From contig CAZUOM010000004.1 in the NCBI GenBank assembly GCA_964621305.1, positions 14,209 through 78,208 on the forward strand: a stretch of DNA of 64,000 nt, given 5' to 3'. A model generated the notes under the pieces. It was given only the letters and a program-made list of their open reading frames with translations, had not been told where the DNA came from and did not search any database. Shown one piece after another: positions 8,307 through 16,940 of this stretch (its first letter is position 1; each line of letters begins with the position of its first letter). This DNA is from an uncultured Gammaproteobacteria bacterium (GTDB taxonomy: Bacteria; Patescibacteriota; Microgenomatia; UBA10105; UBA927). The position numbers and the translations under genes were made by a program.

Positions 8307-8567
8307 GGCTGCGGGGCTTGGATTCTCCGAATAAATTTACGCGGTAAATTTTTCGGAGTGAACGGACCAAGATAAACTGATTCCCATCCTCTAGGGCCTG
8401 GGCTGGGAGACTTGGATTCGGACCAAGATAAACGGATTCAGAGTCCGTTGTCCTACCGTTAGACGATCTCCCAGCTCAAGTCACAGCGATGGCGGGCAGG
8501 CAGAGTCCGCTGTACACGCCTCATCGGCGGGTCGCCGGAGAGGCGACTACCGTTATACGACCCCGCA
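8306..8567 (-). tRNA. Interrupted tRNA-Gln(CTG)-like gene, four segments and three inserts
   Basis: Segments 8567-8547, 8514-8501, 8382-8363 and 8324-8306 join to TGCGGGG TC GTA TAACGGTAG TAC A GCGGA CTCTGAA TCAGT TTAT CTTGG TCCGAAT CCAAG CCCCGCA G CCA (74 nt cloverleaf, encoded CCA, one anticodon-stem mismatch). Confidence 0.7.
8403..8473 (-). tRNA. tRNA-Gln(CTG), intact, nested in the interrupted tRNA
   Basis: TGGGAGA TC GTC TAACGGTAG GAC A ACGGA CTCTGAA TCCGT TTAT CTTGG TCCGAAT CCAAG TCTCCCA G; all stems perfect; CCA not encoded (GCCCA). Confidence 0.92.
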
Positions 8568-8576
8568 AGTAGCCAT

Positions 8577-8582
8577 ATTATA
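8577..8582 (-). promoter_or_regulatory. -10 element for the nested tRNA transcript
   Basis: Perfect TATAAT on minus strand, 9 nt upstream of the outer tRNA 5' end. Confidence 0.6.
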
Positions 8583-8634
8583 GCGGAAAACGCCTCTGGA
8601 GAGAATTCGATAATGCCTTTGATATAATCAGCTT

Positions 8635-8742
8635 ATGAAGCTCTATCTTTTCGGAGGCGCAGAAGTTCAGTTGGGGCAGGTTGATGCTCTTACGGAGTTC
8701 TTGACAAGAAATAATTATTTTGATAGAAAATATTTCAGGTAG
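8635..8742 (+). pseudogene. Truncated gene start (possible peptidase S51-like remnant)
   Basis: TATAAT-6nt-ATG; MKLYLFGGAEVQLGQVD.. stops after 35 codons. Confidence 0.3.
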
Positions 8743-8873
8743 ATAGTGGTTATTGAATACGTGAAGTGCACGATAGTGGCTCTAAAACTACCAACGCTAA
8801 AGAAAGTAAAAATCAAAGGATGAAAAAAATGGTAACAAAAAAACGTCTTCACGCATAACTTTTTCCAATAACG

Positions 8874-8898
8874 CCTCCACTTTTACGTGGAGGTTTTT
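8874..8898 (+). terminator. Intrinsic terminator directly upstream of ABC operon
   Basis: CCTCCAC-ttttac-GTGGAGG-TTTTT. Confidence 0.65.
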
Positions 8899-8924
8899 CA
8901 TTTAATTAATTCTTGCCAAAATGA

Positions 8925-9842
8925 ATGGAACATATGATTACTCTTGATGGTATTACCAAGAAATTTAACGATCAGACCGTCTTAAATGATATAAATCTGA
9001 AAATTAATAAAGGAGAAATTGTTGGTCTCTTAGGCCCCAATGGAGCAGGAAAAACTACCACGCTTCGGATAATTGCCGGAGTATTGCCGCCAACAAGAGG
9101 CACGGTCAAAATAGATAACCTTGCACTTGAACTGGACTGGCGTCTTAAAAAAAGAATAGGCTTTCTGCCTGAAAACAACCCCTTGTACGAAGATATGACT
9201 GTTGAAGAGTATTTGTCTTTCTGGTCGGATATGAAACAGATTCCTAAAAGTAAAAAAAAGGAAGCGATTGGTTTTGTCGTTGACCACTGTGGTATTGCTG
9301 AAGTTTACTTTCGGCCAATTAGTGAATTGTCAAAAGGGTACAGGCAGCGTGTCGGTTTTTCCCAATCAATTCTAACTAAACCCGATATTTTAATCCTTGA
9401 TGAACCAACCGAAGGCTTAGACCCAAATCAAAGACAGGATATAGCGAATTTGATAAAAGATTTGGGCAAGAAACGGACAATTGTTATCTCCTCCCACGTC
9501 TTGGGTGAACTTTCCAGAATAGCAAGCAGAATGATAATTATCCATAGGGGGGCAATTGTGGCTGATGACACGCCTGACAACCTGAAAAAGATTGGCATTT
9601 CCTCACAAGTAATTGAGATTGAGGTAAAAGGAAAAAATGTTTTATCAACGCTTAAGAAAGTTAAGAGTGTTATTGAAGTTAACGAAAGAAGAAACAACTA
9701 TTATGTTCTTGAGGTTGATAAAAAGAAAGATATCCGCGAGGAGCTTTATAATCTTTCGGTCAAGAATAAGTGGACAATGCTTACACTGCTTGCAAAAGAA
9801 AGAGCAATTGAGGATGTCTTTGGGCAATTAACCAGCAATTGA
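8925..9842 (+). CDS. ABC transporter ATP-binding protein (GldA-like)
   Basis: GPNGAGKTT, LSKGYRQR signature, LILDEPT, SSH. Confidence 0.93.
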   Translation: MEHMITLDGITKKFNDQTVLNDINLKINKGEIVGLLGPNGAGKTTTLRIIAGVLPPTRGTVKIDNLALELDWRLKKRIGFLPENNPLYEDMTVEEYLSFWSDMKQIPKSKKKEAIGFVVDHCGIAEVYFRPISELSKGYRQRVGFSQSILTKPDILILDEPTEGLDPNQRQDIANLIKDLGKKRTIVISSHVLGELSRIASRMIIIHRGAIVADDTPDNLKKIGISSQVIEIEVKGKNVLSTLKKVKSVIEVNERRNNYYVLEVDKKKDIREELYNLSVKNKWTMLTLLAKERAIEDVFGQLTSN

Positions 9843-9849
9843 AAAGATT

Positions 9850-12033
9850 ATGAAAATACATATTATTATAATAAGACTGGCAAAAAAAGAATTTTTCGGG
9901 TATATAAACAATGCGCTTGCTTATACCATAATAGTTCCATTTCTTCTTCTGTCTATTTTCCTTTATACGAGAACCGCTTTGGTTGGAGGAGAAGCAAACC
10001 TAAGGCCTTATTTTGAGCTTTTACCCTGGTTTTTGCTTTTGCTGGCACCTGCTTTATCCATGAAGCTTCTGTCTGATGAACAAAAATTGGACACACTTGA
10101 CCTTCTTTTTGCCCATCCCATATCTGAGCTTGAAATTGTCTTGGGAAAATTCTTAGGAGCTATTGCCTTTTTTGCCGTTATATTACTTACAACTTTAGGA
10201 TTGCCGCTTACTCTCATAGTTTATTCTCGTCCTGATTTAGGCCAGATAGCAGGCCAGTATATCGGAGCATTGTTTATAGGAGCAACATTTATATCAATTG
10301 GTATTGCCGCCTCCTCATACCTTAAAAATGTTATTTCGAGTTTCCTTTTAGGGGCAGCCACAAGTTTCGTAATGATGATTGTAGGATCTGATTTTATTAC
10401 CCAAATGTTGCCTTTTCCCTTGAGCCGTATAGCCTCAGAACTTTCAGTCATAACCCACGATGAAAGTGTCGCCCGCGGCCTCTTGGACATCAGGGATGTA
10501 TTCTATTTTATGACAGTAACGGCGGTATTTCTTGCCGCAGCAATACTTAAGCTTTCGGAACGGAAAACCGCAGAAAGGCCTGCCGAGGCAAGGAAGCTCA
10601 AAATTGCCTTGGGACTTATATTGGCAATAGGAATATTTTCCAATCTGCTTTTATCCACTTATCCCGTAAAGATCGACTTGACTCAGGGAAGACTGTTTAC
10701 TCTTTCAGAAGGAACCAAACAAACCCTCAAAAATCTTGACGATATCGTAACAATCACGCTTTTTACTTCAAGAAATCTTCCAGCCCAGATGCAACTTGTT
10801 GCCCGGGATATATCTGACACGCTTAGAGATTACGAAAAATTGAGTAAAAACGTAAATTTCAGGATAGTTTATCCGGATGAAAGTTTAGAAGGAACACAAG
10901 AGGCTCAACAGGCAGGAATAAACGAAGTCCAATTTAGCACTCTTTCATCAGGCAAATTTGAAGCCCAAGCAGGATTCCTGGGACTGGGTCTCCGGTTTGG
11001 GGACAAGACCGAGAGCATACCTTTTATTAAAGACATATCAGATCTTGAGTATCAGTTAACCCGCAGAATAAGAAAACTTTCACAAAATAAAGACAAAGTA
11101 ATCGGAATATATAGAAATGGTTTCTTGCAAAGCGAAATATTGGATAAACTTATGGAAACTCAATATAAAACTCAAAATTTAGCGGTTGACGATACCAACA
11201 AGCTAAAAGATTTAAGCGCATTAATAGCAATTGATGACGGAAGCCAGGCAAGTACCGCCTCAGCAATGATAAGGGAGTATCTTAACCAAAACGGAAAAGT
11301 TTTGTTCTTAGTAAGTGGAGTAAATGTCGTCCCGCAAATATTGTCAGCTCAAAAAAGCCAATCAGATATTCCAAGTTTTCTTAATGATTACGGAGTTACT
11401 TTAAATAAAGATTTGGTTTATGATTTGCAGTTATCTGAGATTCTTAATTTCCGCGGCCGAAACGGAAGAGGTTATCTTTCACAGTACCCTTATTGGCTAC
11501 GGGCACTTCCTGCAACAGATAATTTTTCTCCACTGGCAACGATAAAAAGCGTATCCTTAGGCTGGCCAAGCTCCGTAAGTCTATCTCAAAAAGAGGGAAT
11601 CAGCCAAAAAATACTCTTAACAACAGGAAGAAATTCCGGCAAGACTGAAAATGCGAATACAATTTCACCAGAATCTGTAAGAAACCTTATTCCAAACGCC
11701 CAAAATATTCCTCTTGCTGTACTTTTGGAAAAAGGTGATATGCGACTTATAGTTGTTGCGTCTTCAACACTAGCAGATGACCAATTCCTTGAAAATAACC
11801 CTGATAATATTGCATTTTTGAGTAACGCCATAGATTATCTGGCCTCAGATAAAGACTTGGCCGCAATTCCAGCAAAATCAACCGGACGTACGGTTTTTGA
11901 ATTCAGAAGTCCTGTCGATGTTCTGCTGGTTCAATATGGCAACCTGTTTATTCCACCCTTAACAGTTATATTATTTGCGATATTTTATCTAAGAAGAAGG
12001 AGGTTTTTAACAAAACGCAGCTATGCAAAATAA
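9850..12033 (+). CDS. ABC-2 permease fused to GldG-like auxiliary domain (GldF-GldG fusion)
   Basis: Multiple TMs with E..LGKF, then KIDLT..LFTLS.GTK..LKNLD and N..FL.NAIDYL with C-terminal TM. Confidence 0.85.
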   Translation: MKIHIIIIRLAKKEFFGYINNALAYTIIVPFLLLSIFLYTRTALVGGEANLRPYFELLPWFLLLLAPALSMKLLSDEQKLDTLDLLFAHPISELEIVLGKFLGAIAFFAVILLTTLGLPLTLIVYSRPDLGQIAGQYIGALFIGATFISIGIAASSYLKNVISSFLLGAATSFVMMIVGSDFITQMLPFPLSRIASELSVITHDESVARGLLDIRDVFYFMTVTAVFLAAAILKLSERKTAERPAEARKLKIALGLILAIGIFSNLLLSTYPVKIDLTQGRLFTLSEGTKQTLKNLDDIVTITLFTSRNLPAQMQLVARDISDTLRDYEKLSKNVNFRIVYPDESLEGTQEAQQAGINEVQFSTLSSGKFEAQAGFLGLGLRFGDKTESIPFIKDISDLEYQLTRRIRKLSQNKDKVIGIYRNGFLQSEILDKLMETQYKTQNLAVDDTNKLKDLSALIAIDDGSQASTASAMIREYLNQNGKVLFLVSGVNVVPQILSAQKSQSDIPSFLNDYGVTLNKDLVYDLQLSEILNFRGRNGRGYLSQYPYWLRALPATDNFSPLATIKSVSLGWPSSVSLSQKEGISQKILLTTGRNSGKTENANTISPESVRNLIPNAQNIPLAVLLEKGDMRLIVVASSTLADDQFLENNPDNIAFLSNAIDYLASDKDLAAIPAKSTGRTVFEFRSPVDVLLVQYGNLFIPPLTVILFAIFYLRRRRFLTKRSYAK

Positions 12034-12892
12034 AACTTTGTGGCTATTGGGAACAATTTTGGCAATCCTTACCCTTTTTTGGGGCGTAAAAACTTATCTA
12101 CCCAAATATAATAAACCGTCTTCACCTTATGCCGAAAAAGTGAAACCTTACGATAAATCCTCTGTCAGGTCTATCGTTATCAAAAATTCAGAATGTTCAG
12201 TTGAATTAAAAAAAGAAGGTGAAGATTGGAAAGTAAACGGAAAAAAAGCTGATAAATCGAAAATAGACGATCTGGTTAATCAGCTTATCCCGCCTATTTT
12301 TCCTGATATTATCGCCAAAACCGATAAAAGATATCATGAATTTAACTTAACTTCCGACAAAGCAATACGTATCACCTTTGATGATAAATTGACCTGGTTT
12401 ATCGGTAAAAGTACCGGATCAAATGTCTATGTCAGATTTGATGGAGACAATACAGTGTATCTTCTTAAATCAGGAATTTCATCCAATTTTTCAACTGACA
12501 ATTCAGATTGGTATGATAAGACTATCGTTGCTTTTGATCAAACTAAAGCGACCAAAATTACATTGAAAGAGAGAACTAATACTTTAGTATTAGTCAAGAA
12601 AGAAAATAAATGGACTGAAGAAGGCAGCAAAAGGGAGGCAAAAAAGGATAAAGTCGATTCAGTTTTATCCCAAGTTTCAAATTTAACTGCCCAGTCATTA
12701 TATGAATCAAAAAAAGAACAAGTATATCCAACTGCACCCACATTCACTTTAATCGTTGAATATGACGGAAAAAGCGAGACGCTTGAACTTTATAAAGGAA
12801 GTTCTGACTTTCTTGTTAAACGATCATCAGATAAAGAACAGTTTGTTGTAAGTGAATATTCAATTTCATCGATAATATCCGCCCTAAAATAA
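12023..12892 (+). CDS. DUF4340-like extracytoplasmic protein
   Basis: N-terminal TM, two repeated beta-rich units (L.K..E.W, IGK....YVR....VYL); typical third gene of Gld-like ABC operons. Confidence 0.75.
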   Translation: MQNKTLWLLGTILAILTLFWGVKTYLPKYNKPSSPYAEKVKPYDKSSVRSIVIKNSECSVELKKEGEDWKVNGKKADKSKIDDLVNQLIPPIFPDIIAKTDKRYHEFNLTSDKAIRITFDDKLTWFIGKSTGSNVYVRFDGDNTVYLLKSGISSNFSTDNSDWYDKTIVAFDQTKATKITLKERTNTLVLVKKENKWTEEGSKREAKKDKVDSVLSQVSNLTAQSLYESKKEQVYPTAPTFTLIVEYDGKSETLELYKGSSDFLVKRSSDKEQFVVSEYSISSIISALK

Positions 12893-12896
12893 ATCC

Positions 12897-13060
12897 TTGG
12901 GAAAAGGTACCCCCTCTCCGCTCTAACCTCCAAATAAATTGGTTATTGCAGGGTTGTATAAATACATAAGGAATCCCATGCTTTTAGTTTTTTGGATATA
13001 TCTTACTGCTTTTATATTTTTTCTTATTAACCCTTTCCTTCCACCTCTACGTGGTTTTGT
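12897..13060 (+). pseudogene. Fragment of isoprenylcysteine/phospholipid methyltransferase-family gene
   Basis: In-frame GKGTPSPL*PPNKLVIAGLYKYIRNPM; no N-terminus, internal TAA at 12924. Confidence 0.7.
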
Positions 13061-13287
13061 GGGAAGAAAAAGAATTAATTTTTCCGAGAAGATGAATATT
13101 TACCGCTTACGGACCATGATTTGGAAGATGGTTTTTGCACTTCGTGCGGACATACTCAACGCCGCGCGAAGGCAGCGATTCGTTAACGCACTTGTCCCTT
13201 TTAAAATTCAGATTTGACATATGGATAATGAAGTAAAACTACAAGAACTCAAAGATACGCTTGCCCACTACGAAGAAAAGCTGCGGT

Positions 13288-14553
13288 TTAAGATGAAGCG
13301 GTATAGCGGGGGGAGTTAATGACGGTTTCATAAATTTTTAGTGTTTTTCGCGCTTGTTTCTGCCAGGTCATCCGCTTAGAAAGCTCAAGGCCGTGCCGGC
13401 GTTGGCTCGCATAGACGTGAGAGTTAGTGAGTAACACTTCTATTTGCGACGCAAGAGACATGGGGTTTGCAGCGGAAGAGATAAATTTTCTGCGGGAAGA
13501 GCTGAAGAGGCTTGAGATGCCGGAGACGTTGGTGGCAATGACGGGCGTACCGCAGGCCATAGCCTCCAGGGCCGTGATGCCGAACGATTCATAGTGAGAT
13601 GGCATGATGACTGCGTCTGCGGCGTTGTAATAAGAGATCAGTCGATTCTGCTGTTGCCTTCCGACAAAATGAACGACTGAAGACAATCCAAGTTGGCGTC
13701 GTAGCTTATCCAGGCGATCAAGTTCTTTGGACCAGATATTTCGCCTCTGGGAGACATCCCCGCCGACAATCCAGAGACGAAGTCCTAGCTGAGAATTTTT
13801 CTGTCTCAGCATTTTGAGCGCGTACATGAGAACATCGATACCCTTGAGCGGTTCGATGCGGCCAACAAACAGAAGCAGTTTTTCGTGAGTGTTGAAGTGT
13901 ATATCGCGACGAGATTTGCCTTTATCTATCGGGTGGAACATGTCCGCATCAACGCCCGGTGTTACAGTGATGATTTTTTCCGGTGGACAATCGTAGAGGT
14001 ATCGGAGATAAGCATTGTCTACCTCACTGATTGCCGTGAGACGATCTGACTCCTTTACTAATAGAAGTTCTGCTTGAATACGGGTGACATCTTCTCTTTC
14101 CGATATGTCACGCGCGACGAGGTTTTTCATGAGGGCTAACGTATGAAAAGAAGTGACAAGTGGTCTGTTATGAGTTAGCTCTCTTAGCTTGAGCGCAGCA
14201 AGTCCTGATAAGTAATAGTGAGCGTGGATGAGATGGTAACTCGTGCCCGTTTTTTTTATATACGATGCAATATTGACAACAAACTTTGTGAGAAAACGGC
14301 GAAGTTTTTTCTTGGGCACAGGACTTTCTGGTCCGGCGATGATATGCATGAGACGAACGTTTTTTGAAATTTCAATGACGTGCGGCTGCACTACATCTTG
14401 GGACCTGGTATAGATATCAACGGAAATACCGAGTTGACCGAGTTTACGTGAAAGCTCTAGTACATAGACGTTCATGCCGCCGGTTTCCTTTCCTTCAACT
14501 GAGGTCAGAGGACAGGTGTGGTAGGAGAGCATCGCTAAAGAGAGATATCTCAT
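13288..14553 (-). CDS. GT4 glycosyltransferase, MshA-like
   Basis: HTCPL....GKETGGMNVYV, HAHY.LSG, FHTL..K, VGRIEPLKG, PSHYESFG..ALEAMACG. Confidence 0.88.
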   Translation of the reverse strand: MRYLSLAMLSYHTCPLTSVEGKETGGMNVYVLELSRKLGQLGISVDIYTRSQDVVQPHVIEISKNVRLMHIIAGPESPVPKKKLRRFLTKFVVNIASYIKKTGTSYHLIHAHYYLSGLAALKLRELTHNRPLVTSFHTLALMKNLVARDISEREDVTRIQAELLLVKESDRLTAISEVDNAYLRYLYDCPPEKIITVTPGVDADMFHPIDKGKSRRDIHFNTHEKLLLFVGRIEPLKGIDVLMYALKMLRQKNSQLGLRLWIVGGDVSQRRNIWSKELDRLDKLRRQLGLSSVVHFVGRQQQNRLISYYNAADAVIMPSHYESFGITALEAMACGTPVIATNVSGISSLFSSSRRKFISSAANPMSLASQIEVLLTNSHVYASQRRHGLELSKRMTWQKQARKTLKIYETVINSPRYTASS

Positions 14554-14659
14554 CGGTCACATTATATACCGTTATATCTAGGCGCCCAACTTGAGGCCAA
14601 GGCTTGACAGAGCATACTGATATTATTTATTCTAGTTCTAGAGAGGTGGTGATGACAAA

Positions 14660-14863
14660 ATGAAGATGAAGGATTTAGATTTCGCTGCAGGCGTCGTTAC
14701 AACCATCGGTGCGCTCAATTGGGGACTTATAGGAGCATTTAATCTGGACTTGGTAAAGACTGTTCTCGGAACTAGCCCGTCGATCGTCCAACTGGTATAC
14801 ATCGTTGTTGGTCTTTCTGGGCTCTACATGCTCCACAAGATGCTGGCCAAAGGGAATAAATAA
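14660..14863 (+). CDS. DUF378-family small membrane protein
   Basis: IGALNWGLIGAFNLDLV..VYIVVGLSG; strong SD upstream. Confidence 0.88.
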   Translation: MKMKDLDFAAGVVTTIGALNWGLIGAFNLDLVKTVLGTSPSIVQLVYIVVGLSGLYMLHKMLAKGNK

Positions 14864-14878
14864 CTGTTAAGATACCGC

Positions 14879-15655
14879 ATGAAGAAATTATTGCTTGTTT
14901 TTCCGAATCCGGATGACGAGTCATTTCTATGTTGCGGTACGATTGCTAAATATGCCGCCGCAGAGTGTGATGTTTACTCTGTATACACAACTGACGAAAG
15001 ATCAGGAGAGAAATTAGGATTGTCGACGGATACCTATTTGGGCTTTAAAGACGGTACACTGCGAAGGCTTAGTCCAGGCGAGTTGGAAGACAGAGTATTT
15101 CGGGAGATGGTTCGATTTGTGCCGGAAGTAGTTATCACCTACGGACCAAAGGGTATTACTAACCACCCAGACCACACAAAGCTATCCGTGTCGACTACGG
15201 TTGCTTTTCAACGGTACGTGCAGGACGTAAAAGACTTGCCGCAATTTGCGAGCCTTACCGGAGTTCGACAGCGGCGATTGGGGCATACATATAAAGCAAG
15301 TTTTGATGCGTGTTTGGCCCTTGAGCACGAGCCAAGGCTCTACTATGCCTGTTTACCAGAAAGTGTCGTCGGGTATCATAAAAAACTCAAACTCATTCTC
15401 GGCCAGTCTTATGGCACTCCTTGGGTAGGAACCCCGGATAAATTTATTACAACGGTCATTAATATCAAACGTTTCCAAAGCAAAAAAATCAAAGCATTGG
15501 ATGCGCATCAGCCACAAGTTAGCAATAAAAAGACAGGCAAGCTATTATCTTTTGTAAACAATCCAATCTTTAGTAATGAATATTTTATTCTCCGTATGTC
15601 TGGTTATGACGAGGTATTCATGGGTAAAAACGACCACGTGAGTAATCGACTTTAG
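14879..15655 (+). CDS. PIG-L family deacetylase (MshB/Mca/BshB-like), degenerate first motif
   Basis: VFPNPDDES (HPDDE variant), G...HPDH, KK..AL.AH. Confidence 0.8.
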   Translation: MKKLLLVFPNPDDESFLCCGTIAKYAAAECDVYSVYTTDERSGEKLGLSTDTYLGFKDGTLRRLSPGELEDRVFREMVRFVPEVVITYGPKGITNHPDHTKLSVSTTVAFQRYVQDVKDLPQFASLTGVRQRRLGHTYKASFDACLALEHEPRLYYACLPESVVGYHKKLKLILGQSYGTPWVGTPDKFITTVINIKRFQSKKIKALDAHQPQVSNKKTGKLLSFVNNPIFSNEYFILRMSGYDEVFMGKNDHVSNRL

Positions 15656-15683
15656 CCTCTTTACTTTCCCTTGATTTGTATTA

Positions 15684-15708
15684 AACTGATACTCTTGAGG
15701 TATCAGTT
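15684..15708. promoter_or_regulatory. Putative Rrf2 operator
   Basis: Perfect inverted repeat AACTGATAC-N7-GTATCAGTT abutting the Rrf2 ATG. Confidence 0.65.
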
Positions 15709-16104
15709 ATGAAACTTCCTAAGCAGGAGGATTTTGCAGTGCTTCTGATGGGGGAGCTGACTAATGCGTATCATCGGCGATTGGTTCCTTTGTCTGAAAT
15801 ATCGCGTCGGCACGGCGTTTCTGCCCTATTTCTAAAAAAAATTGCGAGACTCCTGCGCCTGCGCGGCCTTATTGAAAGTAAAGAAGGCTTGGGAGGGGGT
15901 TACATGCTGGCCCGGGAGCCGCGAATGATTACGGTGTGGGAAATTATTGGCGCGGTTTCTGGAGTAAAATCCGTACCTGTAAGGCTTTGGCGGGAAGCTT
16001 GCCCTGTTAATTCTAAATGCTTGCCACAGCATCTCAACCGAGTGGTCCAGGAGTCTATAGAACAGAGTTTAAAGCGGCTTACACTTGAAACTATTTTGCA
16101 CTAG
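15709..16104 (+). CDS. Rrf2-family transcriptional regulator
   Basis: wHTH, LIESKEGLGGGYMLAR..ITVWEII; two C-terminal Cys; heads suf operon. Confidence 0.92.
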   Translation: MKLPKQEDFAVLLMGELTNAYHRRLVPLSEISRRHGVSALFLKKIARLLRLRGLIESKEGLGGGYMLAREPRMITVWEIIGAVSGVKSVPVRLWREACPVNSKCLPQHLNRVVQESIEQSLKRLTLETILH

Positions 16105-16106
16105 CG

Positions 16107-16940
16107 ATGAAAAAAGATATTCTAACAGTTAAAAACTTACAAGCATCCATCGACGGCAAGGAAATCCTCAAAGGCGTTTCGTTTGCTGTGGCCTCAGGAG
16201 AAATCCACGCAATAATGGGGCCAAACGGCAGCGGTAAGTCAACATTAGCGCAGGCATTGATGGGACACCAGTCATATCAAGTAAAAATTAAAAATTTAAA
16301 ATTGAAAATTGGAAAGCAAGACATCGTTCGTCTCTCGCCAGAAGGACGCGCAAAGGCAGGACTTTTTCTTGCTTTTCAGTCGCCGATTGCGATACCTGGG
16401 GTCAGCGCGATGAATTTACTGCGTAGCTCCTATCAAGTCCTCCATGGAGACAAAGGTGGTAAGAAAAATGGTCAAGCAATTCAGAACCCAGTTCTGGCGC
16501 GACGCTGGAAGAGCGCTGATCTGGATTTGGCACAGTTTAGCCCCTTGGTTCGTGACCGTGCCCGATTTTTATCTTTAGACGAATCATTTCTTAGTCGGGG
16601 TATCCACGATGGGTTTTCAGGTGGAGAGAAAAAGAAGTTGGAGATGCTCCAGGCGTTGGTGTTAAAGCCTAAATTTGCCGTGTTTGATGAGATCGATACC
16701 GGCCTTGACGTAGACGCATTACGCTTAGTAGCGAGTGCAATTGGGAGACTCGCCAAAGAAGGGGCAGGAGTAATTGTCATTACACACTATCAGAGAATTC
16801 TAAAATATTTAAAACCAGACGTGGTGCATGTGATTGTGGATGGAAAAATAGTTGAAACCGGAGGATCGGAGTTAGCAAAAAAAATTGAACAAAAAGGATA
16901 CACATCTTATGCAAACGCAACCAATCGTCGGCGACTATAA
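16107..16940 (+). CDS. sufC: Fe-S cluster assembly ATPase SufC
   Basis: [44 protein letters not shown]. Confidence 0.95.
   Translation: MKKDILTVKNLQASIDGKEILKGVSFAVASGEIHAIMGPNGSGKSTLAQALMGHQSYQVKIKNLKLKIGKQDIVRLSPEGRAKAGLFLAFQSPIAIPGVSAMNLLRSSYQVLHGDKGGKKNGQAIQNPVLARRWKSADLDLAQFSPLVRDRARFLSLDESFLSRGIHDGFSGGEKKKLEMLQALVLKPKFAVFDEIDTGLDVDALRLVASAIGRLAKEGAGVIVITHYQRILKYLKPDVVHVIVDGKIVETGGSELAKKIEQKGYTSYANATNRRRL

Noticed and set aside
8306-8382. Prophage/island att-site duplication of the tRNA 3' end
   Set aside because: The 3' piece has a different acceptor strand that pairs with a matching 5' piece upstream of the inner tRNA, and no integrase is nearby.
8383-8500. Group I intron in the tRNA anticodon loop
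   Set aside because: Only 47 nt remain outside the nested tRNA, far too short for a group I catalytic core, and no P7-like elements are visible.
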